From assembly GCF_010365285.1 (NCBI RefSeq), contig NZ_CP048286.1:4278046-4302045 (forward strand): DNA of 24,000 bases, written 5' to 3'. Positions 8,533 to 15,876 of the stretch are shown in pieces; positions within the stretch are counted from its first letter, which is position 1; every line of letters starts with the position of its first letter. The stretch comes from Paenibacillus rhizovicinus (GTDB taxonomy: Bacteria > Bacillota > Bacilli > Paenibacillales > Paenibacillaceae). A model generated the notes under the pieces. That model did no database searches, was not told the origin of the DNA, and worked only from the letters and a program-made list of their open reading frames with translations. The position numbers were made by a program, and so were the translations under genes.

Positions 8533-9294
8533 ATGCCGAGCAAGGCCATTCAAGTGAAAGGCTTGCACAAGTCCTACAAGCAGCTCCAAGTCTTAAAGGG
8601 CGTTGATTTCGAGATTGAAACCGGAAGTGTATTTGCCCTTCTTGGCTCCAACGGGGCTGGCAAGACAACGATTGTCAAGGTTCTCACCACGCTGCTTCAA
8701 GCAGACAAAGGAACCGCCGCGATCAACGGAATCGATGTAGCGTCAAATCCCGAGAAAGTGCGGCAGGTCATCAGTTTGACCGGTCAATTTGCCGCCGTGG
8801 ACGAAATATTGACCGGACGGGAGAATCTGGTCATGATCGCCAAGCTGCGTTACCTCAGAAATCCGCGTCAGGTTGCGGATGACTTGCTGAAGCGCTTCGG
8901 CCTGACAGAGGCCGCTGACCGTAGGGTGTCCACATACTCGGGCGGTATGCGACGCCGGCTCGACATCGCCTTGAGCCTTGTGGGCAAACCGCAGATTATT
9001 TTCCTCGACGAGCCGACTACGGGCCTTGATCCCGAGGCGCGCATCGAGGTATGGAAGATTGTCAAAGAGCTTGCGGGCAGTGGCACGACGGTGCTCCTCA
9101 CCACGCAGTATTTGGAGGAAGCGGAGCAGTTGGCCGATCGGATCGCGATTCTGCACGAGGGACGAATTATCGCGAACGGCACGCTTTCGGAGCTTAAGAA
9201 GATGTTCCCGTCCGCACAGGTAGAGTATGTGGAGAAGCAGCCGACTTTAGAGGAAATCTTCCTCGCAATCGTCGGCAAAAGGGAGGCTATATAA
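8533..9294 (+). CDS. ABC transporter ATP-binding protein (DrrA/ABC-2 exporter type)
   Basis: Walker A GSNGAGKTT, signature YSGGMRRRL, Walker B IIFLDEPTTGLD. I prefer the ATG at 8533, which is 8 nt after AAGGGAGGG. The track start at 8446 overlaps the previous gene. Confidence 0.9.
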   Translation: MPSKAIQVKGLHKSYKQLQVLKGVDFEIETGSVFALLGSNGAGKTTIVKVLTTLLQADKGTAAINGIDVASNPEKVRQVISLTGQFAAVDEILTGRENLVMIAKLRYLRNPRQVADDLLKRFGLTEAADRRVSTYSGGMRRRLDIALSLVGKPQIIFLDEPTTGLDPEARIEVWKIVKELAGSGTTVLLTTQYLEEAEQLADRIAILHEGRIIANGTLSELKKMFPSAQVEYVEKQPTLEEIFLAIVGKREAI

Positions 9295-9295
9295 A

Positions 9296-10066
9296 ATGGA
9301 GACGACGACAAAGAATCACTTCTTCAACGATTTGAGCGTCATGCTTGGACGTTCCATGCGTCATATTTCCCGCAGCATGGACACCATCGTTACGGTAACC
9401 ATCATGCCAATCGCGATGATGCTGCTATTCGTCTATGTGTTCGGCGGGGCGATCGAAACCGGAACAGATAACTATGTCAACTACCTGTTGCCCGGCATCC
9501 TGCTTATCGCGATTGCGAGCGGCGTCTCCTATACGGCCTTCCGCCTGTTTACCGATGTGCAGCGGGGAATCTTCGAACGGTTCCATACGATGCCGATATC
9601 GCGTTCCACCTTGCTTTGGGGGCATGTGCTGACCTCGCTCGTCTCCAATGCGATTTCGGTGGTCGTCATCCTTCTTGTCGCCTTGCTTATGGGCTTTCAA
9701 TCTTCGGCGGGGATCCTGTCATGGCTTGCGGTTGCCGGCATCCTTGCCTTGTTCACGCTTGCTCTGACCTGGGTCGCGGCGATTGCCGGACTGACCGCCA
9801 AATCGGTCGACGGCGCCAGCGCCTTCTCCTATCCGATCATCTTCCTGCCGTTTATCAGCTCCGCGTTCGTGCCGACCGAGTCGATGCCGAAAGTCGTTCG
9901 CGTCTTCGCGGAAAACCAGCCGGTGACCTCGATCGTAGAAGCCATCCGTGCGCTGCTGGCCGGCCAGCCGGCGGGCAATGATATCTGGATCGCGCTTGCA
10001 TGGTGCGTTGGAATTATGCTGGCAGCCTACTTCTTTGCAATGAGAGCCTATAGAAAGAGAGTGTGA
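9296..10066 (+). CDS. ABC-2 type transporter permease (DrrB-like)
   Basis: 256-aa protein with six hydrophobic segments. It starts 1 nt after the ATPase stop codon. Confidence 0.88.
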   Translation: METTTKNHFFNDLSVMLGRSMRHISRSMDTIVTVTIMPIAMMLLFVYVFGGAIETGTDNYVNYLLPGILLIAIASGVSYTAFRLFTDVQRGIFERFHTMPISRSTLLWGHVLTSLVSNAISVVVILLVALLMGFQSSAGILSWLAVAGILALFTLALTWVAAIAGLTAKSVDGASAFSYPIIFLPFISSAFVPTESMPKVVRVFAENQPVTSIVEAIRALLAGQPAGNDIWIALAWCVGIMLAAYFFAMRAYRKRV

Positions 10067-10106
10067 GTAGTGCGAGTGGGAATTAACAATAGCGTAGAGA
10101 AACGAA

Positions 10107-10139
10107 GGCGACCGGCCAATCATGGATCGGTTGCCTTTT
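10107..10139 (+). terminator. Terminator hairpin of the PadR/ABC operon, with its U-tract interrupted by the intron
   Basis: GGCGACCGG (10107-10115) pairs with UCGGUUGCC (10127-10135), including G-U pairs, and is followed by TTTT (10136-10139). The next two T residues are found only after the intron, at 12193-12194. Confidence 0.7.
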
Positions 10140-10787
10140 GTGCGCTTGGCAGCGCAATCGACTAAGGAGTGAAAGTCTCCAGCACGCCGTTAGGTGGCGG
10201 AAGTGCATAGCTAACGCATAGTGCCTGGCCCGTGAGGGAAGGTGCGGAGGATGCGAAGGTAAAACCCGGAACAGGCGGCGAACCAAGCTGGCTGCCGAAG
10301 TCGGATAACCCTGCAAAAGAAGGGAACGTCCAGTACCACCAGAGACTTCGGAAGTTAAGAGGACTGGATTCGGGGGAAAGTCGGTTGACGCGACCCAAGG
10401 AGATCTCATCGACTCTGCCGAGAGGCGGTAACCCCTGTTCGAGACCGTGAGGGTTAAGACAGGGCTACGGATGGTGAGAAGTCAGACTTAGGGATAGTAG
10501 TGACGAAGTTTGCCAGAAAGGCCGCAAAGGCAAACGAATCGGCACGCAGTTGTCGATACAGTCTCCGACCCAAAAGGCGGAGAATCGTGCGAAGCCCGAA
10601 ACCGAGGAAGAGGAGAGATTGTGGAAAGCCATGTGCCAGACAGAAGCCGGGGAGCCAAGAAGCGCTAAGAACCGGGGTTGAACAAAAGAAGAAGCCGTCT
10701 GGGGCGAGTACCAACTGGAAGACGGAGATTGCCAGTTTTTTTTTTCACGGCTACAAACCGTCGAACGGCTTGGGAAGGAGAACGAGC

Positions 10788-12113
10788 ATGGAAGAACCAA
10801 GGCGAGACAATCCCTCACGTGAAGGAAGAGATCGAAACGGACGAAAATGGTACAGCCTCATCGACAAGATATGGGCAAAACCAAACCTGGAGGAAGCCTT
10901 CAAAGAGGTCAAACGCAACCGTGGTGCGGCAGGAATCGATCGAATGACCATCCAGGCATTCAAGTCGAAGTTGGAACACCATCTAGAAGTGCTTCAACAG
11001 ACGCTAAAGAATAAAACTTATCGGTCAAAGCCGGTAAGACGCGTCTACATTCCAAAAGCAGACGGAACGCAAAGGCCCTTGGGCATTCCTACCGTGGGAG
11101 ACCGAGTCGTGCAGGCCGCGGCAAAACGCATATTGGAACCGATCTTCGAAGCCATATTCATGGACTGCAGCTATGGATTCCGACCAAACAGAAGTGCACA
11201 TATGGCGCTTCAGAAAATTCGTCAGGATATGGAAGATGGCTATCGGTACGTCATCGATGCCGATCTCAAATCGTACTTTGACACGATCCCACACGACAAG
11301 CTCCTTGCAAGGGTAAAGGAACAAATCACAGACGGGAGCGTACTCGAACTACTAGAAAAGTTCCTCACGGCCGGAATCATGGACGGCGGGAGTTTCCACC
11401 TTAACGAGCAAGGGACACCGCAAGGTGGCGTCATAAGTCCATTGCTGGCGAATATCTATCTCCATCCGCTAGACAAGGTGATGACAGAACGGGGTCACCG
11501 GTTAACGCGGTATGCAGACGACTTCGTCATCTGTTGCAAAACACAACGAGGTGCGGAGCGTGTATTGGAGTCCGTCACGAAACTGTTGGAGAAGGAAATG
11601 GGCCTTACGGTGCACCCGGAGAAAACGAAAATCGTCAACAGCAAGAAGGAGACATTTACGTTCCTTGGCCATGAATTTAAGCGAGGAAAGTATATGGTGC
11701 CATCTGCAAAAGCAATGGCGAAATTCAAAGAACGGGTAAAGGAAATAACAAGACGGAACCAAACGGTTAACGTGCAGAAATTGGTGAAGAGGAAACTGAA
11801 TCCGTACCTTCAGGGATGGGGCAGTTACTTTGGAACCGGGGATGTGAGCAGCCGCTTCCGGGAACTCGATTCCTGGATAAGAAGACGGCTCCGCGCGGTG
11901 CAACTGCGAAGTTGGAGGAAGATAAGGAAGCTGCACCGAGAGATGCGAAGACGAGGATGGGACAGCAAGGAAATGCCAGGTCTTAGAATGACAGTCTGGC
12001 GTAGTTCTCGCTCTATGTATGCCCAGTATGCGATGCCCAACAAGTGGTTTGAAGAAATCGGTCTAAGTAGTCTGGTTGAAATTCAGAAAGTCCTTCATCC
12101 CCAAAGGGGATAA
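10788..12113 (+). CDS. Group II intron reverse transcriptase/maturase (no D/En domain)
   Basis: RT blocks RVYIPKADGTQRPLGIPTVGDRVVQ, YGFRPNRSAHMAL, DADLKSYFDTIPH, GTPQGGVISPLLANIYL and the YADD box (RYADDFVICC). The maturase X motif is LNPYLQGWGSYFG. There is no C-terminal HNH or Cys-rich region. The ATG at 10788 follows GGAAGGAG. The in-frame upstream extension from 10500 is Arg/Lys-rich intron RNA. Confidence 0.92.
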   Translation: MEEPRRDNPSREGRDRNGRKWYSLIDKIWAKPNLEEAFKEVKRNRGAAGIDRMTIQAFKSKLEHHLEVLQQTLKNKTYRSKPVRRVYIPKADGTQRPLGIPTVGDRVVQAAAKRILEPIFEAIFMDCSYGFRPNRSAHMALQKIRQDMEDGYRYVIDADLKSYFDTIPHDKLLARVKEQITDGSVLELLEKFLTAGIMDGGSFHLNEQGTPQGGVISPLLANIYLHPLDKVMTERGHRLTRYADDFVICCKTQRGAERVLESVTKLLEKEMGLTVHPEKTKIVNSKKETFTFLGHEFKRGKYMVPSAKAMAKFKERVKEITRRNQTVNVQKLVKRKLNPYLQGWGSYFGTGDVSSRFRELDSWIRRRLRAVQLRSWRKIRKLHREMRRRGWDSKEMPGLRMTVWRSSRSMYAQYAMPNKWFEEIGLSSLVEIQKVLHPQRG

Positions 12114-12120
12114 TCTTGGA

Positions 12121-12192
12121 AGAGCCGGATGCGATGACCCGCACGTCCGGATCTGTGAGAGGCCCATGCAAATGCGCATGGGCCTACTCGAT
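12121..12192 (+). ncRNA. Group II intron domains V and VI (catalytic hairpin and branch-point helix)
   Basis: Domain V is AGAGCCGGAUGCG-AUGACC-CGCACGUCCGGAUCU. Domain VI is GAGAGGCCCAUGC-loop-GCAUGGGCCU[A]CUC, with the unpaired A at 12186. Confidence 0.75.
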
Positions 12193-12332
12193 TTGCGTGT
12201 CGAGGAAAATATCCAAGCAGCTGCAGACTATAATTTGTACGATAAGAACGCTGCATTAGGGGGTACGCTGCAAACAGAGGATGATGGTAAAATAAGTCAT
12301 GATCGTTTGGTCTGGGGAAGGATGAGAAACAA

Positions 12333-13070
12333 ATGACGGAGATCGCTCGAACATTAGTCATAAGCGATATACACGGTTGTTATCAAGAATTTGTAGAGCT
12401 TCTCGAGTTAGCCGAGTTCGACTCTCGCAGAGATCGACTGATCTTGCTTGGGGATTACGTAAGCAGAGGGCCTAGCAGCAAAGAAGTCGTAGAGCTGGTC
12501 ATGTCTCTCGTTCAAGAGCACGGAGCGATCGCTTTGCAAGGGAATCACGACCATCGCTTCGTACGCGTGATTGAAAATCTGGCAAGCGAGAACGAGATCG
12601 AGAAGTTTTTTAAGTTTGGCGGATTCGAAACGTTGCATAGTTATGGCCAACACGATATGAATGCCGGTCCAGAGAATTTAGTCGAAATACGGGGTTATAT
12701 GGAACGGTATTCGCCGCACATTCAGTTCTTGAAAGGACTTCCGTATTATTACGAGGATGATGACTATATCTACGTACATGCCGGTTTAAACCCTCGCTAT
12801 CGTCAATTAGCGGATCAGGACGTTCACGATATGTTGTATATCAAAGAAGAATTTTATATGAACCAAACAAACAGGGAGAAGGTTGTCGTTTTCGGCCATA
12901 CCCTTGCGACAGATATTCATGGCGTGCCGGAGGTTTGGCTTGGCGGCGACAAAATCGGCATAGACGGCGGGTGCGCTTTTGGATATCAGCTGAATGGCTT
13001 GGCGTTGAAAATGGGGAAAGTCAGTACATCATTCGCTATCCGATCGAAGGTTGGCAGTATTCATTCTTAA
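12333..13070 (+). CDS. PPP-family metallophosphoesterase (Ser/Thr phosphatase 1 / PrpE / ApaH-like)
   Basis: Motifs VISDIHG, GDYVSRGP, GNHD and FGHT occur in canonical order. The RBS GGGGAAGGA lies upstream of the ATG at 12333. Confidence 0.85.
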   Translation: MTEIARTLVISDIHGCYQEFVELLELAEFDSRRDRLILLGDYVSRGPSSKEVVELVMSLVQEHGAIALQGNHDHRFVRVIENLASENEIEKFFKFGGFETLHSYGQHDMNAGPENLVEIRGYMERYSPHIQFLKGLPYYYEDDDYIYVHAGLNPRYRQLADQDVHDMLYIKEEFYMNQTNREKVVVFGHTLATDIHGVPEVWLGGDKIGIDGGCAFGYQLNGLALKMGKVSTSFAIRSKVGSIHS

Positions 13071-13072
13071 CG

Positions 13073-13113
13073 CGAGCAACCGGGATGATTTCCTGCGGTT
13101 CGCTCGGCTTTTT
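13073..13113 (+). terminator. Rho-independent terminator after the phosphatase gene
   Basis: CGAGCAACCG (13073-13082) pairs with CGGTTCGCTCG (13096-13106) with one bulge. It is followed by GC and then TTTTT. Confidence 0.65.
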
Positions 13114-13157
13114 GGCCGCTGGCGCGCTCGATTCCTTGGAGGCTGGAATAATTACGG

Positions 13158-13203
13158 TTGAAAATCCGACAGAAATCCTCTAGTATTTATGCAAACGTTA
13201 ATT
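13158..13203 (+). promoter_or_regulatory. Candidate promoter of the LacI gene with an overlapping half-conserved operator
   Basis: TTGAAA (13158-13163), a 17-nt spacer, then TAGTAT (13181-13186). TGCAAACGTTAAT (13190-13202) follows immediately. It shares the TGCRAACGTT half of the perfect palindrome at 14680. Confidence 0.5.
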
Positions 13204-13227
13204 CTGATGCTGAGAAGAGGTTTGATC

Positions 13228-14253
13228 ATGTCGGTGACGCTCAAGGATATTGCTTCGAAATTGAATATTTCAGCAACAACGGTTTCCCGCGCGCTGAAGG
13301 ACGATGCCCGTATTTCCAAGGAAGTACGGGATAAAGTGAAGAAGCTGTCGCTGAAAATGGGCTATCGTCCTAATCTGATGGCCAAGAGCCTGGTCAGCAA
13401 CCGGACGGATACGATCGGGTTTCTCGTCGATAATTTATCGTGGTCGTTCTTCAGCGAACTTGCGGAATGCGTGCAAAATGCGGCAGAGAAGCTGGGCTAT
13501 TCGGTGTTTATTTACAGCAGCCAGAAGAACTGGCAGCAGGAGAGGGCAGGCGTGGAGCGCTTCCTGTCACGCGGCATCGACGGCTTGCTCGTGTTCGCGA
13601 CGGAGACGAAGGAAAATCTGGCCTATTATGACGAGCTTGGCGCGCTTGGCATCCCCGTCCTCTTCTTTAATCATTTTAACCATATGAACGTGAACTGCGT
13701 CACGACGGACGATTACGACGGTGCGCGCAAGGCGATGCGGCACTTGCTGGAATTGGGTCACCGAAAGATCGGCTACATCGGCTCCAAAGAGGACAGTTCC
13801 TTCAAACGCCAGCGTCTGAGCGCTTATTCGGACATGCTGGGCGAAGCGGGCGTAACGAAAGCTTCGGACTGGATCGCGCTGGAGGAAGACGATCCGTTGT
13901 ATGGCTACCGCGTCTGTCAGCAGTGGTTTAAACCGGGAGCGAACGACAAGCCTACGGCGATCTTCGCCCAGAACGACATGCTTGCATTCGGCGCGATTCG
14001 CGCGGTCAGGGAAGCGGGCTTGCGCGTGCCCGAAGACATCTCCGTCGTCGGATTCGACGACCTTGACGCCTGCGCATGCATCCATCCGCCGCTTACGACG
14101 GTCAAGATCCCGCTTAAGCGATTGGCGGAAGCCGCGGTGCGCTTCTTGTCCGAACAGATCGGCAGCAGCGAGAAAGACGAAGACGTCCGGCTGAAGACGA
14201 CGATTAGTCCGAATCTCGTCATCCGGCAGTCGACGGCTCCCGTGAAAGGCTAG
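13228..14253 (+). CDS. LacI-family transcriptional regulator
   Basis: N-terminal HTH VTLKDIASKLNISATTVSRALKDD followed by a periplasmic-binding-protein-like sugar-binding core. The ATG at 13228 follows GAGAAGAGG. Confidence 0.92.
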   Translation: MSVTLKDIASKLNISATTVSRALKDDARISKEVRDKVKKLSLKMGYRPNLMAKSLVSNRTDTIGFLVDNLSWSFFSELAECVQNAAEKLGYSVFIYSSQKNWQQERAGVERFLSRGIDGLLVFATETKENLAYYDELGALGIPVLFFNHFNHMNVNCVTTDDYDGARKAMRHLLELGHRKIGYIGSKEDSSFKRQRLSAYSDMLGEAGVTKASDWIALEEDDPLYGYRVCQQWFKPGANDKPTAIFAQNDMLAFGAIRAVREAGLRVPEDISVVGFDDLDACACIHPPLTTVKIPLKRLAEAAVRFLSEQIGSSEKDEDVRLKTTISPNLVIRQSTAPVKG

Positions 14254-14534
14254 GGCTGGGCGAGGCGGGGCGGGGCGAGTGCATGCTTAACGGCATCATA
14301 TCGATCTTTCATATCGTGCATCGGGGCGCGACAGACGGCTGCTGCCGGCTGGTTTGACGAATTTGATAATGTACATGACGAAACATCCTTCTGCTGAGGG
14401 TTGAGAGAGTGTCGAGAAAGTCCAGCGGACTTTTCGGCACTTTTGTTTTTAAGCGCCGGTTTTCCGGCAATGTAGTGTACTGGGTACATTACATCCCCCG
14501 GCTGCGCCGGTTTCTAAAAAGCATCTCCACTCGC

Positions 14535-14561
14535 AAAGGCAGCCGTTTGGCTGCCTTTTTT
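14535..14561. terminator. Strong orphan terminator hairpin 280 nt downstream of the LacI stop codon
   Basis: AAAGGCAGCC-GTTT-GGCTGCCTTT followed by TTT. The flanking A and T runs would allow either orientation. Confidence 0.7.
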
Positions 14562-14644
14562 GCGTTTACAAGCAATTTATGCGTTGTGTCTTGTTGCTTC
14601 GGCTTGCTTCGCATCGAGCGCCCGCCCGCAGCTGAAAAAACAAA

Positions 14645-14674
14645 TTGACAGTTTTAACCTGTGTGATTTATATT
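14645..14674 (+). promoter_or_regulatory. Candidate sigma-A promoter of the oxidoreductase operon
   Basis: TTGACA (14645-14650), an 18-nt spacer, then TATATT (14669-14674). Confidence 0.55.
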
Positions 14675-14679
14675 ATTCG

Positions 14680-14693
14680 TGCGAACGTTCGCA
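14680..14693. promoter_or_regulatory. Perfect 14-bp palindromic LacI-type operator
   Basis: TGCGAACGTTCGCA is its own reverse complement and has the central CG typical of LacI/GalR-family operators. It lies 6 nt after the -10 box. Weaker AACGTT-centred copies occur at 14738-14749 (GCTAACGTTTGC) and 14763-14774. Confidence 0.7.
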
Positions 14694-14790
14694 TTAATAT
14701 TCACAAGGGAAAACTGTAATTATTTTGACGATTATTGGCTAACGTTTGCGCGAATCCGCGCCAGAACGTTAGGGGAGGAGATGTTGGGTA

Positions 14791-15876
14791 ATGCCAGGCG
14801 GAAAACTCAGAGTGGCCGTTCTTGGGCTGCACAATCACTATCATATTTACCCGATGGCCCGTTACATCGCTCAGGGCGACATACCGGACATCGAATGGGC
14901 AGGCGTTTACGACGAGCGGACTTCGCAGGCGGAGCAATTCGCTCAGGAATACGGCCTGACGGTCCGCTATCCGACGAGGGAAGCGCTGTTCGCCGATCCG
15001 AACGTCGATGCGGTGCTCGTCATGAGCGACACGGGCGCGCATGGGCGAGACGTGCTGGACTGCGCGAAGCATGGCAAGCATGTTCTGCTCGACAAGCCGA
15101 TTTCAATTACGACGGACGAGGCCGAGCGGATGGTGCAAGCGGCGGACGATGCGAACATCGTGCTGATGATGGCGTATCTGATTCGCTACTTGCCGCCTTA
15201 CATCAAGGCGCGGCAATTGATCGAGAAGGGCGTAATCGGCAAGCCGCTGACGATGAAAATTTCGATTCGCTGCCCGCTCTATTTCATTACCGATTCGCCC
15301 GACGCGAAGGAGCCCGGCTGGTACGTCGATCCGAAACGAGGCGGCTACGGCGGGTTTAACGACCACGGCATTCATTACACGGACATTATGCGATACCTGC
15401 TCGGCAGCGAGCCGGCGACTGTCTTCGGCCGAGTCGCGAAGCTGAAGCACAAGGAGCTTGAAGTCGACGATTACGGCGTATGCGTCGTTACGATGGACGG
15501 CGGGGAAATCGTGACGATCGAAAGCACATGGCACGCACCGGGCTGGTACGCCCCGATGATCAGCCAGGAGGAATGCCTCATCGTCGGCACCGAAGGCGAG
15601 ATCCACATCCATTATCAGAAGAGCCCGCAGATGGAAGTGTCCGGCAGCGGAATCCAAGGCAGGGAATATTACGATTGGCAGGGCGACGACCGTTATGAAG
15701 TGTGTTACCGCGAATGCTTGCAGGACTTCGTCAACGTGGTCCGGGGCAGCAGTCCGTTGTCCGTAAGCGGCCGGGACGGATTGCAAGCGCTGCGGGTAAT
15801 CGAAGGCGCTTACCGCTCCTCCGAAACCGGACGCCTCGTTCAACTATCGGAAATCGGCGGGAGGGTCGCGCGATGA
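14791..15876 (+). CDS. Gfo/Idh/MocA-family oxidoreductase, paralogue 1 (non-canonical N-terminal loop)
   Basis: DKP motif (HVLLDKPISIT), GGFNDHGIHYTD and the C-terminal alpha/beta domain. The glycine-rich loop is replaced by VAVLGLHNHYH. The RBS is AGGGGAGGAG at 14771-14780. Confidence 0.88.
   Translation: MPGGKLRVAVLGLHNHYHIYPMARYIAQGDIPDIEWAGVYDERTSQAEQFAQEYGLTVRYPTREALFADPNVDAVLVMSDTGAHGRDVLDCAKHGKHVLLDKPISITTDEAERMVQAADDANIVLMMAYLIRYLPPYIKARQLIEKGVIGKPLTMKISIRCPLYFITDSPDAKEPGWYVDPKRGGYGGFNDHGIHYTDIMRYLLGSEPATVFGRVAKLKHKELEVDDYGVCVVTMDGGEIVTIESTWHAPGWYAPMISQEECLIVGTEGEIHIHYQKSPQMEVSGSGIQGREYYDWQGDDRYEVCYRECLQDFVNVVRGSSPLSVSGRDGLQALRVIEGAYRSSETGRLVQLSEIGGRVAR

Larger units (their letters stand above)
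10140..12192 (+). mobile_element. Group II intron, full length, bacterial IIC-like insertion behaviour
   Basis: The 5' end is GTGCG at 10140. An internal RT/maturase ORF is present. A 34-nt domain V candidate lies at 12121-12154 and contains the AGC triad. The domain VI helix lies at 12157-12189 with a bulged A at 12186, which is the 7th nt from the proposed 3' end ...CGAT at 12192. Confidence 0.85.

Noticed and set aside
10070-10074. An alternative intron 5' end at the GTGCG located 4 nt after the permease stop codon.
   Set aside because: The sequence after 10140 (GUGCGCUUGGCAGCGC ... GGAGUGAAAGUCUCC ... AGCUAACGCA) resembles the usual start of domain I much better. With that boundary the flanks also rebuild a hairpin plus U-tract. 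The site at 10070 would place the terminator hairpin inside domain I.
10140-12192. The reverse transcriptase as a retron, a diversity-generating retroelement or a defence-associated RT.
   Set aside because: The GTGCG 5' end, the maturase X motif, and a domain V/VI pair with a bulged branch-point A all fit a canonical group II intron. So do clean boundaries that restore a terminator. No msr/msd-like repeats, template/variable repeat pair or effector gene is present.
12076-12336. An 86-aa plus-strand ORF bridging the end of the RT gene and the phosphatase start.
   Set aside because: It spans intron domains V and VI and the exon junction. It has no RBS, and its sequence is explained by the RNA structure elements.
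14409-14648. 79-aa ORFs on both strands (14409-14648 plus, 14250-14489 minus) in the spacer between LacI and the oxidoreductase operon.
   Set aside because: They have no RBS and non-protein-like composition, and they run through hairpins and the strong terminator at 14535-14561. The region is treated as non-coding.
15702-15872. N-terminal extensions of the ORF-track entries starting at 15702, 16151, 17455, 10500, 8446, 2858, 520, 6229 and 13189.
   Set aside because: The extensions overlap the preceding gene in another frame, or intron RNA, and are Arg-rich nonsense. Each contains an internal ATG with a well-spaced GGAGG-type RBS where the conserved N-terminal motif begins.
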